64,000 nt of DNA from Tubiluchus corallicola. Taxonomy: Eukaryota; Animalia; Priapulida. The number at the start of each line of letters is the position of its first letter. Positions within the stretch are counted from its first letter, which is position 1. The stretch spans positions 1 through 64,000 of the forward strand of contig JAQGDQ010000362.1 in assembly GCA_030141605.1 (NCBI GenBank). The letters run 5' to 3'. Of the stretch, positions 12,982 to 24,459 are shown piece by piece. Below the pieces are notes generated by a model. That model did no database searches, was not told the DNA's origin, and saw only the letters and a program-made list of their open reading frames with translations. Made by a program: the position numbers and the translations under genes.

Positions 12982-13289
12982 CAAGTTTGCATGAATCAAT
13001 AATATAACGAGATAATTATATTAACACCAAAACAAATGAATGAATAAAACAATAGAGATATATATCCTGTATTAGTCAAGTGAATTTAGTAAAACAACAT
13101 ACATTTAGTATGGCAATGGCACATATCGTAGTTTACGATATTGTTTAGGTACATAAACCTTTTCGATAATACAGAAAGTTCGATTTCTTAAGTTGTAGCA
13201 CGATTATTAGTCGTAACAATTTGCTTTAAGACAATAAGGTTTAACGTGTTTCTACATGTGTTTTATTAATTTTATTAAACAAATATCAC

Positions 13290-13553
13290 GCGATTAAAAG
13301 CGGGCAAAGGCCAAGTGAAGCACGTATCCAGAGGAATGAATATTCGCTAGTGTGGTTACGCCCAATTAACACAGAGCGAACAACCAATGAAAAATGTGGG
13401 ATAGTGCACGTGCTCGTAGTACGATGCGCAAATAGTATGCGCACGGACAAGAAACTGCAAACCGAAGCGAGAAGCAAGCAGTTTGTCGCCATTTGTGGAG
13501 TGTCTATACGTAATTTTTGAGGAGACGTTGCGAATAGCAAAATTTTATTCGCA
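13290..13553 (+). promoter_or_regulatory. Probable promoter/5' UTR of the CDK inhibitor
   Basis: CpG-dense segment after an AT-rich stretch; two CCAAT boxes (~13362, ~13384) and CACGTG at 13407. Confidence 0.45.
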
Positions 13554-14088
13554 ATGAGTGCGTTATCAAGTAAGCAAGTGAAATCTGCTGTGTGTCGTTG
13601 CTTGTTTGGTCCAGTTAATCATAATGAATTACGCAGAGATTTATACGAGGAAAAGCTGATGCTAGAAGCTAGAGATCGCGAGCGTTTTTTAAGAAAATGG
13701 AACTTTGACCTGGCGAATGATGAACCAGTATCCGGTGTATTTAGCTGGGAAATAGTTGATGAGAATGACACTGACATTCCGAAGGCCTACGCTATGTCCA
13801 GGCTTCCATTTCTAAGTGGTCAGTACAATAAACTAAAATCTTTGCCGATTCGTCGACCTACGCCACGCAGACCTAGACCAGTGACGCCCAGTGTGCCTGA
13901 AGAGTTGATAACACCACATTTTCAATGCTCAGACACTGATATTCAAGCTGTCGCATCTACATCTACGGGCACTGTACGTACCACAGCCGGTCCATCATTC
14001 CGGTCAGTTACAACTACTGCTCATTCAGATTCAGTTTCGAGTCACTATACACCAAAGGTCAAAAAGGAACGACAAGGGAGAATCACAG
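13554..14088 (+). CDS. CDKN1: Cip/Kip cyclin-dependent kinase inhibitor (p21/p27/p57/dacapo family), exon 1
   Basis: Cyclin-binding motif VCRCLFGPVNH, CDI domain KWNFDL..DEPVSG.FSWE, several TP sites including TPRR; ends ACA G|GTACGT (phase 1). Confidence 0.95.
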
Positions 14089-16597
14089 GTACGTAAATGT
14101 ACATTTTAAACGGCCTACATTTTTTCGTTTGTACTGGCTGGTCTGTAATCGCCTATTGAGCAGCAAAGAGTGCAGCTACATAAATGCCCGTTAAACATTT
14201 TTTTTAATTTCTGTAAACGTCTTACGCATAATTATTTATGTATATGTAGTTGTGCACTGTGTACGGGCACTGTAGGTATATTCTTCCCTGGTTAGTGACT
14301 GTGACTATGATCATCCATCTATCTACTAAGTCTTAACTAAGGCTTAGTGTGTCTAACTTCAATCGCTAAGCACGTATAGAGGCACAGGTTCGATTCAGCT
14401 ATTTAACGCGCTCTATATATTTATGAAAAATTTGTTTTCGTCTTTACTGCATAGTTCTGAATATAAAAGCTTACATTTATAAATCTGAAATCTTTAAGAA
14501 TATATCAACACGTAAATTGCTGCAATAACGAATCATTAAAGCATTTTTCTCACATCTTTGCTTTGACATGTTTGTCAATTACGCCGCTTTTACAAATTTT
14601 CTTTGAAATTTTTAATGATAGAAAACTTGATAAAAACATGAATTAAAGCCAGTCATGCATGCTGAATCGTCTCGAAAATTTGCTTAGACATTGAGTGCTG
14701 CAAAATAATTACTATTAATACGTTTGAAGTTTTGCATACTGCATAACTGCCATTGCCAGGTTATCATTATTTACGCAGGGTGATGTGAGTCGGCAATAAA
14801 GTGCCTATTATAATCATAATAAATTACATGGTCACTTTGATAACTAAGCAGAGTTCAAGCTGCGATTGTAATTTCATATGCCTCTTCAATTCGTCAACCC
14901 AGAAACTCGTCTATGAGCTTTTTGTTTGCGCGCTTTTGAGTGAGTACGCGAAGTGTATAGCTTGGTTCGAACCGCTGGAGTTAGTAATTTGTTCACAAAG
15001 TTCAATAGAATCTGATTCCGGCAAAAATTTCCTTTAGCACAATGATTTTTAGCTCTATGTTTGTTGCGTAAAAGCATGGTATAGCTTTGCTGTCTCGAAA
15101 GTGACACTTAGTACGAGGCTGCAGGCAGTGCAAGAAAGACGATCTGTAAAAATCACTTAAATTCATTTATACGAGAGCGAGGCAAGAGCCCTCAGAATTT
15201 TTGATGTGCGATTCCGTCACAAAATAGCATGATAAGTTTGTAAATTCGATTGACTTTGACAAGCCGTTGAAGCCCAATTGAAGGCATTTGGTTAACTCTA
15301 TAGCCTGTCAGGCATGCCTGAGCCTTGTGTCTGTTTTGTTAAAGCTGTTTGTACAGTGGTAATTCCTCCGATATTTCCAGTCAATAACGCGCATACTGTA
15401 TCAACTCTGTTACCGTGTTATATGTACGTACTTGTTACATATCACTAGCGATGTTTGGCTGAACCGTTTGCCACCCTTGACTTGCACCAAGCGTTGGCTA
15501 CACAAGTTTTTTCCGAAGGTAACGTTTGAGTGTCCATGTTAAAACTTACTATTATGAGCAATGGTTAGTGTTCAGACATGACTAATATGAAATTACCAAA
15601 TTATTTGCGTCTAGATGAGTCATGAAAACTCACAATTAAAAGCGCTTTCCTTATCTATATCTTCACTAATTTTATTGTACTTTAGCATTAAACACGTAAA
15701 CTGTTCAACGATTGTGCATCCGCGTACTGCGTAGCTATTTGCATGTTGTTAGCATTGTCAAAATTCAAAAATCTAATTCGTGATACTTGTTTGTTTTAGC
15801 TTTTGTCAATCATTCTTTTCAAAACATTTTTTTAAATTCTTAAATTACTTTACTATAGATCAGCAAATATAGAAATGTCAATGAAAGCGATAAAAAGACA
15901 ACATTGATGTTTTCCCCTTCTCACCAGTTAGCTTAACTTGGTTGAAAAGCTGTCTTCGTCAAAGGAATTTGTTCTAGTGACTGCTATGGAAAGTTCTGAA
16001 AAGAAAGTTGAGTAAATTTTCGCACGAGAAAGTCCGCTGGTGCTTTGATGTGGACCAACTTTTCAAATCTGTGTTCATATGCGATGCATTCCTAGCGTTT
16101 CCTGTCAACATTAGCTTCGGCGTGTAACAATGATGCGAACGTTTGCTGTTGGTACACTGTTATTGCAAGGTTCGATTTTTTACAAAGGATTTCACACAAG
16201 TACAAACAGACGGGATGTTGTAGGAATCTTAAATCACAACAACTACTACGTGCAGACACCTGTGCGATTAGTTATTGTCTGTATTATTAGCGCACTTTAT
16301 GTCTGGGTTATTTTCTATTACGCGGCCACATCCTATATGCATGAATCCTAAAGTTGGCCATTGCCAGCTGCCCCGACCGGAAGTTCGTTTGGGGCAAGTA
16401 ATGACTATAACATTTCCGAAATGTGTTTATTGAGAACCCATTGTCAGTCACGTCCCTGTAGGTCAGATTATGATATAATACAAGCATCCATATCCTTGTC
16501 AAGTTTTCTCTCTATAATAGTAATAAGCATTTATATTCTTACTTAAAACTTGCTTTAAAGCTTGTGTAACTCAACTGGTCTTAACCGTTTTTTGCAG

Positions 16598-16695
16598 AAT
16601 TTTTCAGTCAAAAGAGAAAAAGACCTTCGATACCGGTGGAAGAAGTCGGATTTATTAAGAAGGCACGGAGTGATGAAGAAGATACGACGTCTTAA
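16598..16695 (+). CDS. CDKN1: Cip/Kip inhibitor exon 2 (EFFSQKRKRPSIPVEEVGFIKKARSDEEDTTS*); total 210 aa
   Basis: TTTTTTGCAG acceptor; splicing builds the PIP box QGRITEFF plus a basic KRKR tract; TAA at 16693-16695, then a GTAAGT donor at 16702. Confidence 0.9.
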
Positions 16696-19600
16696 TGTAA
16701 AGTAAGTTGCAAACTTAAAGTAGTTCATTTTCTAAATATTAATTAATTGGCAACTTGTTGAAGTATTCACGTGTACAGTATACTCAGACCAACGCTCGTT
16801 CAGGGCCCTAGATACAAATTTTGGATTGCAGAAGCATGCTAGGCGGTTATTATTATCGCAGAAATCTAGGTGCCAAGTCTACTCTCGTAGTAAAACATTT
16901 CTCAAGTTTCCTTTACGCTAGTTGCTCAAGCTTAGCGTTAGTTTAATTTTTATGCCTGTCTGACTTTGTTTGTCCGTTCTGTAACTTCAAATGCGCGGTT
17001 TGACGTGTAGTGGTTTAGAGAAATTAAACAGAGGCCGTCTGGCGCTTGCCCGCTTTATTTCACAAGTGGTTTTCCAGTTGAAAGCACTCGATAAATTGAC
17101 AAAATACGACTTTATACGCGCGCCTGGTTTACGCAAAGGTGGACTCATTTTAAATATTCATTTATTAAGTTTTATCTTAAATTGATTGCATGTGATTTTA
17201 GTGATTGTCCATTTGTGTCTTTTGTTTGTTTCGTAACAAACTGTAAAATGTAGATAAGAAAATGTAGTTACTGAGTTTACTTGGCTGATTTTGGCGTACA
17301 CCCAGCCCTTTTTTGCGGCAACAAATAAAAGGGCTGAACATTTTAAAGCCATTTAGCGTTAATGTCTTTGGCGTTTCGTTACGTTTTTAGCACAAGCGTT
17401 AAACCAGTAGATAACTCTTGCACAAATAGCCAAAGGGCTCCAGCTCAATAACTCGTTAGTGTGTTAGTGTAGTGAGATCTATGATGAATGCACGTTGAAC
17501 ACTTTCCTCAAAATTGCGGTATGCTTTTTTTAGAGATTAACCAATCTTCTTAACTTTGTGTCGCACACTCCCAGATGGTTTTAGGTTTACATTGTCAATA
17601 AAAAAATAAAGTCAATCGTGTTTGGAACTTTAAGAGATATGACCATTATCTCGTTGAGATTGCCAGCGAGAGTGCGTAGGCCGCAGGTTTCCCGTATATA
17701 TTGCATCATATTTGTTAAGACTGTCGTGTTACCAAAAACTGATTGATTGTCGTTACATTTCCCACAATACTTTTATGTTATTTATAGTAACGGAAACTGT
17801 TGAAAAGAGTCGAACGTAACGTATCATTTTAAAGGTCTACAAAAATCCCATTTTGCTTGACAAGTCGTTTCCGTTGTACAAGGAGAAGCATGTATTTTTT
17901 GTTACGAAATTGAAAGTGTGGTGGGTTAGAAGTTAATTTCATTCTTAAACGACAACAAGTAATTACACTCTTTTACGTTCCTCGACAGTGTAATTGAATT
18001 TCGCTTAATCAATTTTTTTCGGAAGAACGGAAAAGAATACGAACATCACATAAGTTATCATACGTTTTTGGTTATGATTGCTACATGTAGTTTATATGGT
18101 CTATGAAAATGTAGGTGGACATCCACAGGACACTACCAACTCAAGACAGGTATTTGTGTTTTTGCAAGTATCCTCGCTGTGGGGCATTTTTCCTTTGTGA
18201 CATTATACAAGTAAATTTTAATTTATAATCACAAAGGAATTTCCGCCTGCGGTCGAGTTCCCTGAGTTCAATGGACATTGGTCAGCGAAAATGTAATTTT
18301 GTGTGGTTACTTCTTAAGTTCCGCTGAGGTGGTCCAGCAAGTGAAACGCCCAGACAATTCGTCTTGAACCTAAGTGGTCAGTGCATAGTGGACGACAGAG
18401 TAGTTAGCAGATTTACAACATTAGGGCTTTAAGACTCGTTCAGTGTGCTTGCTTCTTGGCTAGGTTTATTGTTATATCGCAGAATGCTGCAGCACGTAAG
18501 ACGCTGACTGTGTGCCTCGGTGGCGTGGGAAACGCGGCAAACGTTACTGTAATGCCTTCCTCAGCCGGGTGTACCTTTTAAGAGTAATCCAACGTGGCTT
18601 TCTTGCGCACAAACGTTACACTGTCCGTGCACAATCTTGTAATGTATTTCCTAATCTGAAAAAATTACGAAGATCAGAGGTTGACTTTACCTGTACACAC
18701 CTATCAGCAATTACATAGGAATGCTTATGCTTGATCTGTCAGTTTGCGTTTGTCTGATGCAACGTCGATTTTTTTTGTAAAAGTTCCGGCATTGGCCTGC
18801 TTGTAATGTAAAATTTCATGTGGGTGTTCTTGGACATATCGAAGCACTCCTAAAGAAAAAAATAGGCTTGTAATTGTAGCCCAGTTTGTTTGCTGACTTG
18901 GGAGTTAGGAATCGGGCCAGTCTTCTGAGTTTGGTTTATTCTGCCAAATTATCTCACTGATTGAACTTGTTTGAAAGTTTTTGTCAGTAGCTTCTTGTCA
19001 TGTATTGTAAAGATTTGACATTAATTCATTCTTAGACTAAATTCCCAGGTAAGTTCTGCTCTCTTGCTGCTAAGTTTTGTGATTATTTTACTAGTTTTAT
19101 AGTGTTGTACATATGTCCAAGAACTAAAATTTCGTGGAACTGCAATTTCCCGCAACGAAAGTTTTGCTGATTTTTATAGAATGTTGTTACATTTCGAAGA
19201 ACATTTTCTGAATTCACTCAGTGGCACTTTTATTCTTTCAAACATTCCAGAACCTAGACGTTAGCTACTCTGAGAAAATTTATGTGAAAGAAAACGGAAA
19301 ATTTGAAATCATTTCTTCGTCACATTTCCTCGGTCTTTTGTGTAGCCGTTTATTCTCTATGCTGCACGCGCGTTTCCAATTGGGATGACTTCAACACTCA
19401 ACAGCCCTTAACGCTAAAAATTTGAATTTAAAAGCGCCAAGTTGTTATTTTAGCCCTCGAATATTTTGGAGCAGAATTGTTAGGAACATTGCCTTGCTTG
19501 TTCGTGGAAGCTTTACTGTGCGTTTTGGCGTAATGAAACTTGTAACTGTAACTCTTTTCATATTCATGCTTTACAAAGCAAACCATCTGGAAAACTGAGC

Positions 19601-22600
19601 TGGCCACTTTGGTGAATTTTGAAGTTGTCCGACATGGAACATTAATTGGAAGTGTTGCAAGCTGAGCGGTTACTAGATGCAATTTTTGCGATCACGTCAG
19701 GGAATGCTGACACCGTCGGTAAGGGGAGGCGTCAAACATGCGCATTTGTTAATGCAGGTATTTGATTTTTTAACCTCACAAAATTTTCACTTGCATTTGA
19801 ATAATCTAATAACTCTATAGGCAAGAAGAAAGCTTGAAATTGAAGCCACTTAAAATACACTCTGATATTGTTATGGGTTTGTCACTGCCTCGCAGTCTAC
19901 TATCTATGGTCATTGCCAGGTCCGCTGCCTTGGTTCTGACCACTTTACTTGCGGAATGGTGGTTGCTTTACTTTTTCCCCCAAGGAAAGTATTACTATTA
20001 GTCATAGCACTTCGTCGTAGAAAGTTCAAAGTTGTACGGGAAATGACTCACTGTGGATATTCCGTATTGCCGTTTACAAAAACAAAGTAATTTTGCCTGT
20101 GAATAATCAGTCACAGGTACACAGTTATTAGCAAAAATTTCGAAATTGCTGAGATTGTTTGGTGTTGTATCTAGTGTTTGGCACTTGACCTGTCTCCATA
20201 TAACAAGGTATTTGTGCCTATGGGTTCATAATCTGTATTTATTCTTTCATTTGGTACTTTTTCTTTGTATTAGGTGTATTTGGGCATTAAGTATGAAAAG
20301 TTCTGCCTATATGGATATATTGTTTGGGTTGTGAGGATAAAACTGGAACGTTGCTAACTTTCTTCTTTGGGGCAAAGCAATACTTACACGTGCATCCCTG
20401 GATATTCTTTGTGCGTCTGTATCTACCTGATGGTGCTCCTTGAGAGCTTGATAGTTACCACTAGTGATATATATGCTCGCGTTGTACTAAAGCGACGACA
20501 TTTCATGTTACCTGGCCGTTTAGCAGTAAATAAGAGGCGTTAACTTTGGCAAGCCTAGTTTTCGTAATCTTTCTTCCAACTTTTTGACTTTGAATTCAAG
20601 TTATTGAGAACGTGTCCAACGTTATATATATGTTATTATTCAAGGGCAGCATTGGTTTCGATTAAGCACAGACAATGGATAAACCTGACAGCTCGCGCCC
20701 CACTAACTCTTTCCTTTCTTATAATTTGATGGCATGAACACAAAGACATCTTAAAGAGTATTCGCGCCATGCGGCACTGTTAATTACTTCTGTACTATTT
20801 ATGGAGGCTGATGCGTGTCCCAAGTTTTCCGTGCCCCAAATGCAAAGTGCCTAAGCAGGTGGACGACAATAGAAAATCTTTAACAGAAGGAGGGTCACTG
20901 GGATATTATCTGTTTCGTAATGCCAGTTCACTGTAACAATGGCAGCTGCTGTCATGTAACACAGTTGTAAACTAGAATATCTCAAGGCAGACGTTTTATG
21001 TAGAACACAGAGGCCCTATATTGAGTTAGAATACATCCCTTTAATCTGCAAGAATACCCGAAAAAATAGTCTTCACGTTTGCAGTTTATAAGTAAAACAT
21101 TTTTGTGAAATACTGTATTATAATGTTGACAAACGGAGTCGGGTATGTAGTACGAGCCTTTTTGCGTTGCTAGGGCGTTTACTACTCGCTTCGTGTTGTT
21201 GCTGTTCTTGATCTTGATTAGTGAAATTCGTGGAATAGTTTATTTTACGCTTGCTATCAACACCAGCTGTTAATTAAACTTTTTTCTCTCCGTGTAAGTC
21301 ATTCATGGCGAGGATATTCGTGGCGCGGTTTAGAAAAACTTATAATAAGCGATTGTCCTGCATAAATTATGCAATTTCGCCGCTTTTTATACTCCTAGTA
21401 TTTTGTCCAGGCTTATTGTACGCATTGCGTAATTGAGTAACTCGATAAAGTGTTGCGCTTGAATTGATACTCGCATAACGTAATAATAATATCACATCAA
21501 GGTATGCAGTAGCGTGCTTGCTAGAAGTTTTCGTTACGCTATATGTGAGAGTATGGCAGACAGTTTGTCTGTTCTTGTATATGTACTATGCACGTGATGG
21601 TGGGTAACTTCTTCCGACGTTAACACATTTCAACTTGCTATTGTTCATGTCTTACATGTCGACTAAGATTTCCTGAGGAACTGTCACATCTCAGATAGAA
21701 TTTTTTCTTGGCGATCGCGTTTTTTCGCCCTGATAACAATAGCATTAAGTGAACCTAGTAAAGTATCTAGTTGCACCTGAAATTGCTCATTTCCGAACAT
21801 CTGGAGTATCATAAGAAATCTCTGCAGGCTCGTCTTTGTGATTTGTCTTTATGCCTGCAAGACATTATGCAGGCATTGATCCTTTTAACCAATCAGGTCA
21901 TGGGGCCCCATCTGCCTGCCATCTTAGTCACAATGGGGCGAGACGGTTAAGTTTGACTCGGTCTCGATGTTATAGATGGTGTAGTTACCCTCGGGCTGGG
22001 TCTAACTCCGCTGGCATTAGCACGATGTAGGAAATGGATACAGAATTGCGTTGTTTAGCTTTCAACTTTTGTGCCTGAACTGCGGAAAAATAATTCTTTG
22101 AAGCAGGCAGAAAAAACTAATGCAGCCAAGGTTAATTAAATTGAAAAGTTTATGGGTTTAAGAGAGTTATAATACTTAGTACTTCGTATGTTGATAATAT
22201 ATTAGACGTTTAAAGTTTTTTTTTCACGAAACTTGAATTAGTACCCGATTACATATTATCATGACATACAAACAATATATAGCACAATCAACCATGATGA
22301 AAATTATTATGCTTTCATATCGTCCTGTATCGTCTTGTTTCAGCTTTTATCGCCTTGCCATGTGCGTGAGTCAGTATAAGCAAATAATAAATGAAAACTT
22401 CAAACGATGACTAATCAGGCCACGTGCGGTTTAACACGTTGCTGAATTTAGAGCTACTGTCTATATTTGGTCATTCTTTAATAGTTATTTGCTAATCTAA
22501 ATCGGGTAAGTCATACTAAACCGTGGCGATTTAGTGTCACTTCTATAGTAGTCTAACATCATGTATGTATTAAAAATACGTGCGTATATACATGCATGTA

Positions 22601-23660
22601 TGTGTATGTATATACGTATACATATATGCATATATGGAGTTATGTGTGTATATATGTATAAATTGAACACATATGCACAATTAAGCTTACTTAGTTCAAG
22701 ATAGTTGTTGATTTATTGTGGCTGCTCCTACACAACGTACTTTCTGTAATTTGGTGTAAGAAGACGCTCAACGCTGTATAGCGTACGTTGTATGTAATGC
22801 TCATGTGGCCCTCGTTCTGTTTTTAAAACAATTTTGTCAAAACAGTGATTTCACTTTGCTTCACCTATGGTTATTGACCCTTTTGGAAATGAATATACGT
22901 ATTGGTGAGTGATTTAGTGGCGTAAGATGGCTATCGGGTGTTGGAATCGAGACTCAAGGAACAAGAGAGGAGAACACTCCCAGACTCGAGTATAGATTTC
23001 AGCATAGAAGCGCACGCAGATTTGCAACACGTGGCCACGCTTCCTGACGAAGTCTGCCACATGCCAGGTTCTCCTAGCTCACGTTGGCACTAAACTGGTT
23101 GTTACAGGGTTATTAGTCTTCCTTGGGCAACACATAATCGAGAGGAAGTGACTCTGTCTGCAACAACTGCGTAATATGTTTGTATTTAGAGTTGCCCTTT
23201 TCCTAATTCCTGCAGTTTGTTGTCTAACGGGTGGTGCAAAGTTACGAGGCCGTAAACCCGGGCATTGTCACGTGATTTCAGATTTGAAAGAAAAATGGAA
23301 ATCTAAATATTCTGATGACTGTCTAGTTGATCTTTATATATACTGATTCTTTAATTGCAAAATTATTCGTCCATCAGTATGGGGCGAGTGGTGAAGCATT
23401 GTCATTTCATTTGCAATATTGTGGCATTATGTGTCTACACGTTAATTGTTTTTGGGCCACCCGGATGTATTGATGACTTTATTATAGGTCAAAGGTCATT
23501 TTTTCTGTAATGCCATGTATCAAAATAGTGAGTGCATGATAATTGTATTGAAATTGTGTACACTGTACAGGTTAATTGAATAGTAACCGTAGTATGGCTT
23601 TTTACAGTTGGGTATGTTTTTGTTGTGCACATGTGAATGTATAGCAAAATATTTGCTCTA

Positions 23661-23778
23661 AATCACAGGAAGAATGATGTTAAATTTCGAGTTTGTTCAG
23701 ATTATATGTGTGACTTTCCCTGAATCACACGAAGAATGATGTTAAATTTCGAGCTTGTTCAGAGTATATGTGTGACTT
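23661..23778. repeat. Two-copy tandem duplication, 62-bp period
   Basis: AATCACA.GAAGAATGATGTTAAATTTCGAG.TTGTTCAGA.TATATGTGTGACTT occurs at 23661 and 23723. Confidence 0.9.
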
Positions 23779-24327
23779 CAGAATTTAAATCCTAACTTTG
23801 TAAAGTCCTAGCCGAAATGTATTACACATGTGCTCTTAAAATCGTGCAGAATAAAAGGATATTGAGGGAAATATTGGTGATATAAGCAGCATAACTTAAC
23901 TTTCTTGAACATGTCTCTTCAAGTTTGATTTATTACCTGCCACGGCTCTCAAGAGTTGAAAGCCCGGTGATAGAAGATCAAACGAAGGATGTCCTTGGAC
24001 AAAATAGGCCCCTATGTCTTAACGTTGACTGACGTCCTGACCTCTGAATTTACTCATTACATACTTTAAGATTAAGTGCACCTGATATGAGTCGAACAAG
24101 TTTCGTCTTGTGTAAGAACTTTGTTTTAGGTTAAACGGTTTTGGTTTTAGGCAGTAAATTATTACTGCTCTACCGCATCTCGTCTTGACTTATTCTGTGT
24201 CGTGGAAACTATTATCTGGGTGGTTAGTTTTTTGTGTGTGTGCGTGCGTATGTGTCTACTTATTTAAGGTCGCTTTAAATATATATTTATATATCAATAA
24301 ATAAATGTACGTCCTAAATAACTAAAT

Positions 24328-24378
24328 ACGCACGCACGCACGCGCGCACACACACACACACGCACACACAAACACACG

Positions 24379-24457
<79 letters not shown>
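24328..24457. repeat. (CA)n/(CACG)n microsatellite
   Basis: Direct reading. Confidence 0.95.

Positions 24458-24459
<2 letters not shown>

Noticed and set aside
13554-14096. Single-exon 180-aa gene as given by the ORF track
   Set aside because: A donor at 14089 and exon 16598 complete the PIP box and basic tract, so the spliced 210-aa model fits the family better.
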